Notes under the pieces: generated by a model | The model's database searches: none | The model's input: only the letters and a program-made list of their open reading frames with translations | What the model was told of the DNA's origin: nothing | In this document: positions 48,953 to 58,538 of the stretch, in pieces | Numbering within the stretch: the stretch's first letter is position 1 | Layout of the letters: every line of letters starts with the position of its first letter | Position numbers and translations under genes: made by a program | NCBI GenBank assembly: GCA_963845085.1 | Contig: CAWJQI010000005.1 | Location: forward strand, 975,433 to 1,039,432 | Origin: Candidatus Fermentibacterota bacterium | Lineage (GTDB): Bacteria > Fermentibacterota > Fermentibacteria > Fermentibacterales > JCC-6 | Length of the DNA: 64,000 nucleotides | Direction: 5' to 3'

Positions 48953-49276
48953 TCATTCCGGAACCCAAAGGCATCGTGACAGGTCGACCCTGCCGGCCGC
49001 AGTAAACGGCACGCCCTCTTCCCTGAGCATGGAGGCCTGCAGGAGATGTTCGAAAGCATCCTCAAATGACTTCCTGGGCGGAATCCTTCCGCCGGCACCC
49101 ACGACCCTGTGCCAGGGAATCTCAACACCAGGCTTCGAGCTTCGAAGGGCGTAGACCACAACCCGCGCGGCGCGGGGGCTGCCGAGAAAACCTGCGATGC
49201 CGCCGTAGGTCATGACCCTGCCCGGTGGAATGGCCCGCACCAGCGAGTGAACGAGTTGAAAGAATTCACCGGCCAT
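48953..49276 (-). CDS. Alkyltransferase-like (ATL, MGMT family) protein
   Basis: IPPGRVMTYG.IA, PWHRVV (Trp in place of the catalytic Cys). Confidence 0.88.
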   Translation of the reverse strand: MAGEFFQLVHSLVRAIPPGRVMTYGGIAGFLGSPRAARVVVYALRSSKPGVEIPWHRVVGAGGRIPPRKSFEDAFEHLLQASMLREEGVPFTAAGRVDLSRCLWVPE

Positions 49277-49620
49277 CACAGGTTCCTCACAACCCAGAAG
49301 ACCGAGAAAACCAGGGCGAACCCCCAGCCCCACCAGGGAGACCGCCTCAACCGTTTCCGGAACACGACCGCAACGGGAGCGAGAAGCATGAGGGCGGATG
49401 CAACAGGGTTGTGATGGAAGGCTTTCGAGATCCTCAGGTTCAGGATGTCGTGAAGTGCCCTGAGGCTCCCGCACCCCGGGCATTGCAGGCCGGTGACAGA
49501 AAGAAAAGGACAGGCAACAGGCAGGTGCCATGCCCCTGGGTCGTTAAGGGCGAGGAAAACGGTGCCGACCGTCAACATGACGGCTCCGATTATCGGAAGG
49601 CCTTTTGCAGCCATCCGCAC
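49276..49620 (-). CDS. DUF2752 membrane protein
   Basis: CPF..VTG..CPGCG..RA, HNP, VVRNL. Confidence 0.88.
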   Translation of the reverse strand: MRMAAKGLPIIGAVMLTVGTVFLALNDPGAWHLPVACPFLSVTGLQCPGCGSLRALHDILNLRISKAFHHNPVASALMLLAPVAVVFRKRLRRSPWWGWGFALVFSVFWVVRNL

Positions 49621-50027
49621 ATAAGCCCGTAGGAGATGTAGGTCAGAAGGGTGACCACCACGCCCCAGACCAACAGCGCCTTGGTCCTCTCCGACGCGGC
49701 CTGCGCCTTTGCGTACTCACCGGATCTGACCAGGGCGTCGACCTGGGTTGAACTGATGATGGCGGCAATGCCGAACGGAACGCAGCAGAAAGACGTAACC
49801 AAAACGGCTGCAACGATGTGGTTGTGAATCTTCGGCGGGGCTTCCCTCGGGACCGGCAAGGGCTTGGGACGGCAGTATCCGCACGCGCCTGATGCATCGA
49901 GCGGAGCGCCGCAGTCCGGGCACTTTCCCGGAACAACGCCCGAGCCGTTCGGCCGTCCACAGCCCGGACACGCCGAAGCGCTTGTTGAAACCATGTTTCC
50001 GCAGTCAGGGCATCTGAAGAGCGACAA
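49590..50027 (-). CDS. CD225/dispanin-family protein with N-terminal zinc ribbons
   Basis: CPDCG, CPGCG; NHIVAAVLVTSFCCVPFGIAAI.SS.QVD. Confidence 0.85.
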   Translation of the reverse strand: MSLFRCPDCGNMVSTSASACPGCGRPNGSGVVPGKCPDCGAPLDASGACGYCRPKPLPVPREAPPKIHNHIVAAVLVTSFCCVPFGIAAIISSTQVDALVRSGEYAKAQAASERTKALLVWGVVVTLLTYISYGLMCGWLQKAFR

Positions 50028-50140
50028 TACGAACCTCCCGCAAGTGCTGCGGGATTATCTGCGTTCGAAGCGCCGGGGACAAGTTCCGGCCCGGGTGACT
50101 CCACGGTCAAGTTGTGGAGGAAGGGGCTTCAACAGTCAGC

Positions 50141-50176
50141 AAATAAAAAACCCCGGGCGCAGAACGCGCCCGGGGC
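50141..50176 (-). terminator. Intrinsic terminator
   Basis: CCCCGGGCGC-GTTCT-GCGCCCGGGG followed by TTTTTTATTT. Confidence 0.9.
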
Positions 50177-50187
50177 TCGGGAATTGA

Positions 50188-51044
50188 CTAGAAGGAGGCT
50201 TTGATGCCCGCCCAGGTGTCGCGTGTGAGCGCAACATCGATGTCAACTTCGAACTCGCTGATGTGGAAAGCGCTTCCGACCTTGGAAACCCAGAAGAAGG
50301 TGTCACGGTCTTCGCTGTAGGTCACGTCGTACGAGGAAGCTGACAGCGTAGGGTTCGGCGGCGCTGCCAAGGTATGAAAGGTTCGTGCCGTCGAACTCGT
50401 AGAAGTAGAAGTTGCCGTACGTATACCCGCCGACGAGAATGCCGATGTTGCCGTTGAAGGGGAAGACGGCGCAGCCGCAGGCAAAGCTCGTTGGGAAGCT
50501 CGGTAAGGTTCCAGGTCGAGACGTTGCCGCCGGAGGTGTTGAAACGGTACAGTGTGCGGTTGTTGGCCTCGATGCACCAGATCATGTTGTCTTCGTCGAG
50601 GTCCATGCCGCGTGGTTCGCCGCTGACCGGGTTGGCGAAGTTGCTCCAGGAAGTGGCGCCAATGTCATACTTGTAGATGTTGGTGACAGCGTTCCAGTTG
50701 TTGATGTAGACGAAGTTTCCGCCAGGCGTCTGCTGGTAGATTATGCCGAGCACGTCGGGAACCCCTGCGGGGCAGGCAAGCTGGCTTACGATGGCTCCGT
50801 TGTCGGGGTCGAGGTTGTAGATCTGGTCGGATGTGTAGTCGGTCACGAGGAGCGCGTCAAAGGTATCCGCGAAGTCGCACCCTCTCGGGTTTCCCCCAAG
50901 TGTTACCGTGTAGTCGTTGACGGCGTAGATGGTTACGTCCGCACGCCCCGGAACCGGTTCGCCCGGATAAGCCAGAGGCCCGGCATCGGGATCAGAAGCC
51001 AGAAGCACCCCTGCGCAAACAAGCAGCAACGCAGCTGTTTTCAT
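50188..51044 (-). CDS. Secreted beta-propeller-like protein with a TWAGIKASF tail; two +1 frameshifts (about 50494 and 50359)
   Basis: Signal peptide; coding-like sequence continues through three frames (...ELP / SFACGCAVFPFNG...SYLGSA / NPTLSASSYDV...ALTRDTWAGIKASF*). Confidence 0.75.
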
Positions 51045-51173
51045 TTCACCCTCCTGTTTCCCCTTTGTTCGCTTCCGCCACGATTCGCCGTGACGATAAC
51101 GCGATAATCGGTTGAATATAGATAATTGTCAATGGGATAAGTGAGTTCGATTAAGATGCGTTAGCCGACGGGG

Positions 51174-51201
51174 AAAAAAGCGGGGGCCGAACGGCCCCCG
51201 C
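51174..51201 (-). terminator. Intrinsic terminator
   Basis: GCGGGGGCCG-TT-CGGCCCCCGC followed by TTTTTT. Confidence 0.88.
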
Positions 51202-51226
51202 AATGCGGTCACTTCGTGAACGACGT

Positions 51227-51520
51227 TTATTTCGGAACGACTATACCGTTCGGTACATCAGCGTTGTCGATCATCTGCCTGATCGCCTCCAGAGCGCCGC
51301 CGATGATGGTAACCCCCATAACGCCCATGATGATCGATGCGAGAAGGCCGATTCCCACGAAAATAAGCATGGCCCGGCTCCAGTTGCGCAGGTTCAGGTT
51401 CGTGCTGCCGTTCAGGGCGAATACCAGCAGCAGTATGATGTTGAGAAAGGGGATGAGCATTGCGAGCTGCACCAGGAAGAACCCCCCGGTGGAAAACGGT
51501 CTGGAACGGTCTTCATCCAT
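51227..51520 (-). CDS. Small membrane protein
   Basis: GGAGG RBS; IPFLNIILLLVFA...N.NL.NWSRA.L. Confidence 0.75.
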   Translation of the reverse strand: MDEDRSRPFSTGGFFLVQLAMLIPFLNIILLLVFALNGSTNLNLRNWSRAMLIFVGIGLLASIIMGVMGVTIIGGALEAIRQMIDNADVPNGIVVPK

Positions 51521-51619
51521 GCGAAACCTCCCGATTGTTGCAAAGCAGTTATCCAACCGCTCATGACAATAGGAACAAACAATGAATTCTGCAAAGCCGA
51601 CAATTCCGTCATGGACCGA

Positions 51620-52495
51620 TCAGTCCGGCGCGGGTCCGGCCAGCCTGAAGACCAGGTCGGACGAGTAACACCTGACGTTGAGAATGTCACCCCGAAGGGC
51701 CAGAAACTCCGGCGCCGACGGTACGGAGACCTTTTCAGCCACATTTCCGGTGAGCCGGTCCAGAATGAAAAGATTGTCCTCCTCATCGGTAAAGCCGTAT
51801 CCGCATATGATGTGGTCACCTGCAATGACGAAGTTCTCTGCGTTGGCCACCAGCGGGCCGCTCCTCCAGAGAACACGAAGCGTCGCAAGCTCGATTGCAG
51901 TTATGTAGCCGTTCATTCCCGACGAGCTTTCAGCATAGGTTCTGTGGGCGTTTTCCACATAGAGCACACCATCGGCAACCTCCGCCCATCTGAGCTGCTG
52001 AAAGGTCAGCTGCGGATCGGCGGAATCGCTCGCAAGGCCCGTTGCGTATGCGAGAAAATCAAGAACCTGAATCGTCCGCCGTGTCAGCGGGTCCATGATG
52101 ACGAGAATTCTTGGATTGAGAACCACGCCATACCTGTTGGGCGGATCACCGTAGAGGGATAGCGTGAGGGAACCGCTTCGAATGACCTGATAAAGGTGGA
52201 AGCGGCCTTCGCCGGGGGTCAGCAGAACAGGCTCCACCCCGGGAGGGGGTTCGGTGCCGCGAATTGCGTCGACCAGCCCTCCGTTGTGGAAGGTGAGGGA
52301 TTGCCATGACGGAAGGTTTCCGAACCACTCGCCGTAGCCTGTGACGCTGTTCGGAGTTGATTCCAGAAGCTCAAGTGTCGGATTGTTTCCGCTCAGAATG
52401 ACAGACGAGCTTGGGAATGCCGGCGTCTCGAGGGGTACGGGCAGCACTTCGCCCAGCCCCAGAAGCAGTAGAACCTGGCAAGCAATGCAAATCAT
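51620..52495 (-). CDS. Exported PQQ-like beta-propeller protein
   Basis: Signal peptide; ITAIELAT..VLWRS, LFILDRLTG. Confidence 0.65.
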   Translation of the reverse strand: MICIACQVLLLLGLGEVLPVPLETPAFPSSSVILSGNNPTLELLESTPNSVTGYGEWFGNLPSWQSLTFHNGGLVDAIRGTEPPPGVEPVLLTPGEGRFHLYQVIRSGSLTLSLYGDPPNRYGVVLNPRILVIMDPLTRRTIQVLDFLAYATGLASDSADPQLTFQQLRWAEVADGVLYVENAHRTYAESSSGMNGYITAIELATLRVLWRSGPLVANAENFVIAGDHIICGYGFTDEEDNLFILDRLTGNVAEKVSVPSAPEFLALRGDILNVRCYSSDLVFRLAGPAPD

Positions 52496-53436
52496 GCCGA
52501 ATCACCTTTCCCTGAAGAAACCGCCTTTCGGGCGGACAACTCGAGAACCACACCCACAGCAATGGGAACAGCGGTGAGCACAATGCCACCGAGGAGGGTT
52601 TGGACCGTTTCCGCCGCACCCTCCGTTGAATCCTGGACGAATCCGGCGATCATCAACAACCAGAACAACCCTGATACTGTCAGCAGCGTCCTGCCGATGA
52701 TGCGTTTGACCCCTGGCCGTGCGGGCTTGAACATCGGGGGCTCAACCTGCTTCTGCCCCCATTGAATTGCGGATCCGGCCTGTCCCTTTTTCAAGATCGA
52801 GATCCCGACCACAAAGTTGATGACCACCACGGGCACGACCAGAATTACGGCGGCAGTCCCTGAAAGAACGAACGAGTCGTAGGCGCCGTGCGAAAGCCAT
52901 GCCAGCCCAAGACCGGCTGCCAGAAAACCGTTTCGCACACCCCGGGATGGCGCGAACCTCGCCCTGCCCGTGAAGTGACCCATCACCACCCCAGTGAAGG
53001 TGTGCATGGGTATCGATGTAACCGCCCTCGCCATCCCCACCCCGAACCCGTGCAAAAGCACGTACAAGAGGTTTTCCGCGGCCGCGAAACCTATTGAGGC
53101 CGTGCCGGCGTATACGATGCCGTCATTGCGCTCGTTGAAATGGCGGCTTCTCCAGACGAAGAGCAGCACGACAGCCAGTTTGACCGACTCCTCGATCGGA
53201 GAGATCACGAGAAATGACTGAAGGGCTGCAGGGCCGAATCCCTCTCCCAGGAACATGGGAGCTTCGAGAAGGGCCAATTCAATGATCGCTGCGGGAACAA
53301 CCGACAGAACACCGATGATGAACACCTTCAGCACGAAGCGCCTGGGCTCCCGCTCGATCCTGTCGTGGCGAAGGATGCAGATGAGGAAAAAAACAGGGGG
53401 AGCAAGAGCCAGAAGGACCAGAAGCAGCATGCTCAT
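52492..53436 (-). CDS. prsW: PrsW-family intramembrane glutamic protease
   Basis: EESVK, GFAAAEN..Y, H..FT, H..YD. Confidence 0.9.
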   Translation of the reverse strand: MSMLLLVLLALAPPVFFLICILRHDRIEREPRRFVLKVFIIGVLSVVPAAIIELALLEAPMFLGEGFGPAALQSFLVISPIEESVKLAVVLLFVWRSRHFNERNDGIVYAGTASIGFAAAENLLYVLLHGFGVGMARAVTSIPMHTFTGVVMGHFTGRARFAPSRGVRNGFLAAGLGLAWLSHGAYDSFVLSGTAAVILVVPVVVINFVVGISILKKGQAGSAIQWGQKQVEPPMFKPARPGVKRIIGRTLLTVSGLFWLLMIAGFVQDSTEGAAETVQTLLGGIVLTAVPIAVGVVLELSARKAVSSGKGDSA

Positions 53437-53588
53437 GCAGACTCCAATCGGGCTCGGTTCCGTCAGGGGCAACGTAACAGCGCCGCCCCGCAGGGTCAAT
53501 TCCCCTGTCCACGGTCCGGAACGGCAGGTTACACCCGTTCAGGCTTTTGTTTATGTATCCAGGGGAAGACAACAAAGGCAGGGGGCGC

Positions 53589-54449
53589 ATGTCGGGAAAG
53601 ATCGGCTTCGCATCCGGTATTCTTTTCCCCTTTCCACTCGTGTTTGGCGGGCTTCTGCCGCCTGCCATGGGTGTGGCCCGCCTTCAGGACGGAACCGTTG
53701 TTGCCGGAAGGGACTTCCTTGTGTGGGAAGGAGCGCCGGGAGTTCTCAGAGCATCCGATATCGGCTGTGACCGGCTGTTCGGAGCGGCATCCTCGCCGGA
53801 CTATTGCAGGGTGGCCGTCTGGGCCGGTTCGGACAGCACGGGCTGCATAGTGGTTCTGGACGAAGACTCCCTGTCTGTTTTGGGGCCTTACGAAAGCGCG
53901 GGACTGCCCTGCTGGGACGGCGAGGGAAACCTCTGGTTCACTGCACGCGAAACGCTGCACTGCAACGGGGAACCGGTCGGACCACCGCTCTCCGCGCACC
54001 ATATCTCGGTCTCACAGGACGGGAAGACGGTGGTCTTCACCGACGAGAACGACTTCATCCTTGAAATGAACCTGGAGTCGGCCCGGTTGGACACGATCTC
54101 AACGTCCTTCAGGTTCTACGCCCCCTTCTACATCCCCGGGGGCGGCATTGTCTCAGCCTCGCTCGACGGCGGCATATGGCTGTTCGAAAACATGAGGGCA
54201 GTTCCTGTGGGGCAGGGCGAGCATCCCGCGTGGTGGCCGGAGGCCGGGGGCATAGTGTACATTCAGAGCACCGATGACGGGATGTACATGACCTCCTCTG
54301 ACATCTGGCTCTGGACTCCCGGAAGCGGCGCTGCGCAACTATCAGACACACCGTACATCTTTGAGATCAACCCGGTTCCAGCACCAGACGGTGTTTATTA
54401 CATCGACTCATTCAGCGGTCTCGTTGGTTTTCTTGAAATGATGCCCTGA
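53589..54449 (+). CDS. TolB-like beta-propeller protein
   Basis: SPD, SQDGKTVVF, PAWWPE, P.PAPDG repeats. Confidence 0.65.
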   Translation: MSGKIGFASGILFPFPLVFGGLLPPAMGVARLQDGTVVAGRDFLVWEGAPGVLRASDIGCDRLFGAASSPDYCRVAVWAGSDSTGCIVVLDEDSLSVLGPYESAGLPCWDGEGNLWFTARETLHCNGEPVGPPLSAHHISVSQDGKTVVFTDENDFILEMNLESARLDTISTSFRFYAPFYIPGGGIVSASLDGGIWLFENMRAVPVGQGEHPAWWPEAGGIVYIQSTDDGMYMTSSDIWLWTPGSGAAQLSDTPYIFEINPVPAPDGVYYIDSFSGLVGFLEMMP

Positions 54450-54525
54450 AGTCAGCCCCTGACATTGCAGCCGGTCACCGTGTCGCCCGGTCGCCCTCCA
54501 GACAGGCCTGATGGTTTCAGAGGGA

Positions 54526-55224
54526 TCACATTGACCGAAGCAGCCTTTGCGTAACTCCCCGGGGGACCCACCATGGGGCGATCCGGCAGATTCCCTGGTA
54601 TGACTGCGGCGCCTGTTCAAGGGTATGGTGCCCAAATCCCCGCCCCGATTCCGACAACCCTCGGTTTCGGCGCTTCAGAAGAATGTCGCGTGAAAGGTCG
54701 CACCAGTGGAGAAGGGTTTCCATCTCCATTCCGATCCGTGTGGCGGCTATCCTCCGGATGTCGCTGTCCACCGAGTCGCCGGACTCATCGATGTCGGTGA
54801 TGATCTCACGGACCTCGTCGAGCTGCTGCTCAAGCTGGCGCCGGTAGTGCGCGAGATGGCCGACGAGGGTCTCGATGCCAAGAGCGGTTCCGAACCGAAG
54901 CTTCATGAGCAGCTCGACCCTGAAGCGTGAAAGGCCCGCAGGTTCACCGAGCCATAGGTTCAGTTCCTCCCGGCCCTTCTCGGTGATGCTGTAGACAACC
55001 CGTTTCTTCTTCTTGACGTAGGAGTCGGTGCGGTCAAGCAGCCCGTCGGCATGAAGCTGCCGCAACATGGGGTAAATGTTGCCGCTGCTTTCGCGCCAGT
55101 AGTACATCTCTCTGTCGTCCAACGCTTTTCTGACGCCGTAACCGCTCGTCGGCCCGATGCTGATAATGGCCAGCAGTCCGTAAATCGACTGAGTGTACTC
55201 GGGATCCTTCCTGCGAACGCTCAT
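54526..55224 (-). CDS. PadR-family transcriptional regulator
   Basis: GPTSGY, GNIYPML, YSITEKGREEL..WL. Confidence 0.9.
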   Translation of the reverse strand: MSVRRKDPEYTQSIYGLLAIISIGPTSGYGVRKALDDREMYYWRESSGNIYPMLRQLHADGLLDRTDSYVKKKKRVVYSITEKGREELNLWLGEPAGLSRFRVELLMKLRFGTALGIETLVGHLAHYRRQLEQQLDEVREIITDIDESGDSVDSDIRRIAATRIGMEMETLLHWCDLSRDILLKRRNRGLSESGRGFGHHTLEQAPQSYQGICRIAPWWVPRGVTQRLLRSM

Positions 55225-55364
55225 TCCAATCCCTCCGTGGGCCTTATCTTTTCACAAGTATGAAGGGGTCCATCAGTCTTGACAATCTATCTAATAGCAC
55301 TATTTCTTGAATTGTGCAAACCATCTGCGAAATGCCATGGGTACGATATCCTGTCCGACTCTGC

Positions 55365-55712
55365 TCAGAGCTGGCTCTCAATGCCGGCGACGGTTCGCAT
55401 CACTTCCCTGCGGGGGCCCGACACCACGAGGATGAGCGTGTCGGAGTCGACCACGTAGACTCCCGAAGCAGCCCTCTGGCCTTCATGAATCTCGTAGTTC
55501 ACCTGCACCCAGGGGCTTCGCTCGGTGTCCACCACATGCTTTACGAACAGCTCGTTCCAGGTGTATCCCCATGACGACAGGAAGTATATCTCCTCTTCAT
55601 GGTAGGTGATCGCCTTGTACAGGACACCGGTCAGGAGGAATACCGCACCTGCCGCGCATGCCGCGACGGCTGCGCCGTAAAGCCTCCGTGAGAGCGTTCT
55701 GTTCATGGCCAC
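55365..55712 (-). CDS. Hypothetical single-TM protein
   Basis: AGGAAAGG RBS; N-terminal TM segment. Confidence 0.6.
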   Translation of the reverse strand: MAMNRTLSRRLYGAAVAACAAGAVFLLTGVLYKAITYHEEEIYFLSSWGYTWNELFVKHVVDTERSPWVQVNYEIHEGQRAASGVYVVDSDTLILVVSGPRREVMRTVAGIESQL

Positions 55713-55813
55713 CTTTCCTTTGTGTTACTACAATAGGCAATTCCTGAAAGCCGTGGTAACACTTTTGGATATCTGAGAGAGCGGTTCACAAGCTCTGAAC
55801 GAAGGGAAGGGGA

Positions 55814-56692
55814 ATGTTAAGGTCCTATTCAAAACACGGGGTGATGACGGATCCGGGGATCAACCGTCAGCTTCTCGACGACCTGCCCCGGGAAATCGGC
55901 CCACTCTGCCGGGCTTTGCAGGGGCTTCTCGTACATGTCTTCTGGGCACAGCGATACGGTCTTTCACCCGCTGAGGTGCGAGAGGACGAAGTTCAGATCC
56001 GTCCGTTCGGCGGCAAGCTTGCCAGGATACTGGAGCTGGACGACTCTCCCCTGTCCGTGACCCGGGCTCCGGAGAAGCGGCTGGTGTGCAACTGCAGGGA
56101 CTATTCGGTCGTCCTTGCGTCGGTTCTCATTCACCAGGGGATTCCCGCCAGGGCCAGGTGCGGTTTTGGCAGCTATTTCGAGAGCGGGCGCCATGTTGAC
56201 CACTGGGTGTGCGAGTATTGGAAAAGCGACCCCGGAAGCTGGGTGCTCGTCGATGCCCAGCTTGACCCCCTGCAGTCAGATGTGCTGGCGATAGATTTCG
56301 ATCCCCTGAACGTGCCGAGGGACAGGTTCCTGGTTGCGGGCAAAAGCTGGGAGATGTGCCGTTCGGGGCAGGCCGATCCCGAACTTTTCGGCATCTTCGA
56401 CATGCACGGGATGTGGTTCATCAGGGGCAACCTGGTACGGGACACGGCCGCTCTGAACAGAATGGAACTGCTGCCCTGGGATGTGTGGGGGCTGGCAGGG
56501 GTCGGGGATGAGAACCTTTCGTCTGATGACATGAACCTACTTGACAGGGTGGCTGCGATAACCGCTGCGGACGACCCCGATATGGAAGTGCTCAGCGCCT
56601 TGTATGAAGCCGACCCGCGGCTCAGGGTTCCGGCCCGGGTGAAGAGTTACTGCACTGGGGGTGCCGTGGAGGTTGATATTCCGGGCGTGTGA
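55814..56692 (+). CDS. Transglutaminase-like domain protein
   Basis: Cys-His-Asp pattern: CRDYS, DHWVCEYW, VDAQL. Confidence 0.85.
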   Translation: MLRSYSKHGVMTDPGINRQLLDDLPREIGPLCRALQGLLVHVFWAQRYGLSPAEVREDEVQIRPFGGKLARILELDDSPLSVTRAPEKRLVCNCRDYSVVLASVLIHQGIPARARCGFGSYFESGRHVDHWVCEYWKSDPGSWVLVDAQLDPLQSDVLAIDFDPLNVPRDRFLVAGKSWEMCRSGQADPELFGIFDMHGMWFIRGNLVRDTAALNRMELLPWDVWGLAGVGDENLSSDDMNLLDRVAAITAADDPDMEVLSALYEADPRLRVPARVKSYCTGGAVEVDIPGV

Positions 56693-56696
56693 TCCG

Positions 56697-57512
56697 TCAG
56701 AAACCGAAGAACCTTCCCATCAGTGAAATGGCCGCGTCCCGCCCCAGCAGCTTCTTCGCCCAGTTCGCCTTTCTGGCGTTGCCACCGACTACGTAGCAGA
56801 ATCTTGGCCTTCTTTTCGCAAGCACTCGTGCAATGACCCGGGCGACATTGACGGGAGGTATTCCGTGCCGGCTGTCAATCCGTTCAACCACGCCGGCGTA
56901 CCTCGGGTCGACGAAAGGATCGCCGGTCGGGGCATACGTGTTCCCGGTCTCGTTGAAGCCCGTGTTGACGTTACCGGGGTGGATCACCGACACCCCGAGC
57001 CCCCTGTGCACCACCTCTGTGCGAAGCGATTCGTAGAAGCCCTCAAGCCCCCATTTTGACGCCGAGTACATGGATGACATGGGAACACCGATGCATGCCG
57101 CAATGGAACTCACGCCGATGATCGAGCCCCCGTCCTCGAGAAGGGGCAGGAAGTCCCTGACCAGCTTGATGTGCGAGGCGAGGTTCACATCAAGCACCCG
57201 GTCAACAAGTTCATCGGGAAGGTACTGGACGGGATGGGTGCTGTGAATTCCCGCCGTCACCACGATGGCAGCGAAACGGCGGCCCTGTTCCAGATACCCT
57301 GCCGTCAGTGCCGACACAGCGGTTCGGTGCGAGATGTCGAGTTCAACCGTTTCGATCCGGCCGCCGGAATCCCTGCTCAACGACTCCAGCAGAACGCCGT
57401 TCCGGTCGGCGGCGGTCACCGTGTGCCCCTTCTCTGCGAGCAGGCCTGCAAGGGCTCTGCCGATACCCCCTGCTGCGCCCGCAACAAATACGGCCTGTCC
57501 TGAATGTATCAA
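56697..57512 (-). CDS. SDR-family oxidoreductase
   Basis: GAAGGIG, YSASK, PGNVNT. Confidence 0.9.
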   Translation of the reverse strand: MIHSGQAVFVAGAAGGIGRALAGLLAEKGHTVTAADRNGVLLESLSRDSGGRIETVELDISHRTAVSALTAGYLEQGRRFAAIVVTAGIHSTHPVQYLPDELVDRVLDVNLASHIKLVRDFLPLLEDGGSIIGVSSIAACIGVPMSSMYSASKWGLEGFYESLRTEVVHRGLGVSVIHPGNVNTGFNETGNTYAPTGDPFVDPRYAGVVERIDSRHGIPPVNVARVIARVLAKRRPRFCYVVGGNARKANWAKKLLGRDAAISLMGRFFGF

Positions 57513-58150
57513 TTCGACTCAGCCGCCTTTCTGATGTAGTCCGACAGCTCCCGGACGCCGTCTCCCGTCCGCGCCGATGTACGGAAAACCTTCACCCGTG
57601 GACTCAGGCTTCTGCACTCCCGCTCCGCGCGCTCCATGTCGAAATCAAGATGAGGCCCAAGATCGGTCTTGTTAAGCACGAGAACATCGATCGTGCTGAA
57701 GAGGGCCGGGTATTTCAGAACCTTGTCGTCACCCTCGGGCAGCGAGAGCACGCCCAATCTGAGATGCTCCCCGAGGTCGTACGCCGCGGGACATATCAGG
57801 TTGCCCACATTCTCGATGGCGAGGTACCTGAACGGGGTTCTCCTGTCCAGTTCGGAGAAGGCCTGCTTCACGGATCCGGCGTCGAGATGGCACGAACCAC
57901 CCGTTTCGATCTGAACCGCCTGGCACCCGGCATTTCGGATCCGATCCGCATCCCGGCGGGTCTTCACATCACCCTCGATTACCGCAAGATCCTTTCCGAA
58001 CCTTGCTGCAAGGGCTTCGAGCAGTGTCGTCTTTCCCGCTCCCGGAGAACTGATGATGTTGAAGGCGAATACTCCGTTCAACCTGAAAGCACGCCGGTTC
58101 TCGGCAGCAATGTCATTGTTCCTGGCCATCACAGGCGCATTTATCCTCAT
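57509..58150 (-). CDS. hypB: Hydrogenase nickel incorporation GTPase HypB
   Basis: SSPGAGKTT, CHLDA, ENVGNLICPA, NKTD. Confidence 0.95.
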   Translation of the reverse strand: MRINAPVMARNNDIAAENRRAFRLNGVFAFNIISSPGAGKTTLLEALAARFGKDLAVIEGDVKTRRDADRIRNAGCQAVQIETGGSCHLDAGSVKQAFSELDRRTPFRYLAIENVGNLICPAAYDLGEHLRLGVLSLPEGDDKVLKYPALFSTIDVLVLNKTDLGPHLDFDMERAERECRSLSPRVKVFRTSARTGDGVRELSDYIRKAAESN

Positions 58151-58496
58151 CGGCACCCTCCTCTGGAAGTTCAACGCTTTCCACGTAGAACTCCCTTCCC
58201 GACATTATGTTACGATTCCAGGACCCGCAGTCGGGGCAACCCGTTGTAAAATCCCGGCTGAACCATTCACTGCCGCAATCCCTGCAGTGCATTTTGGCCT
58301 CGGTATTGCGGATGACGAGTTTTGGACGCCCGAAACCCTTCATGCCGGCAACACCCGAGAAGCAAAAGGCCAGTGATTCAGGCGAAACGCCCGAGAGGGG
58401 GCCTATAACAACCGTAACCGAGGAAAGCTTCACAGGCCCGCCCAGTGTGTCCGCAATGGCCGCGGTCATCTCTTCGGCAAGGGAAAACTCGTGCAC
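58113..58496 (-). CDS. hypA: Hydrogenase nickel chaperone HypA
   Basis: GTG start MHEFSLA; CRDCG, CPDCGS, GREF. Confidence 0.93.
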   Translation of the reverse strand: MHEFSLAEEMTAAIADTLGGPVKLSSVTVVIGPLSGVSPESLAFCFSGVAGMKGFGRPKLVIRNTEAKMHCRDCGSEWFSRDFTTGCPDCGSWNRNIMSGREFYVESVELPEEGADEDKCACDGQEQ

Positions 58497-58538
58497 GATG
58501 CCCCCGTAGGTGAAGACGAACTTTGGTATAGTATAAGA

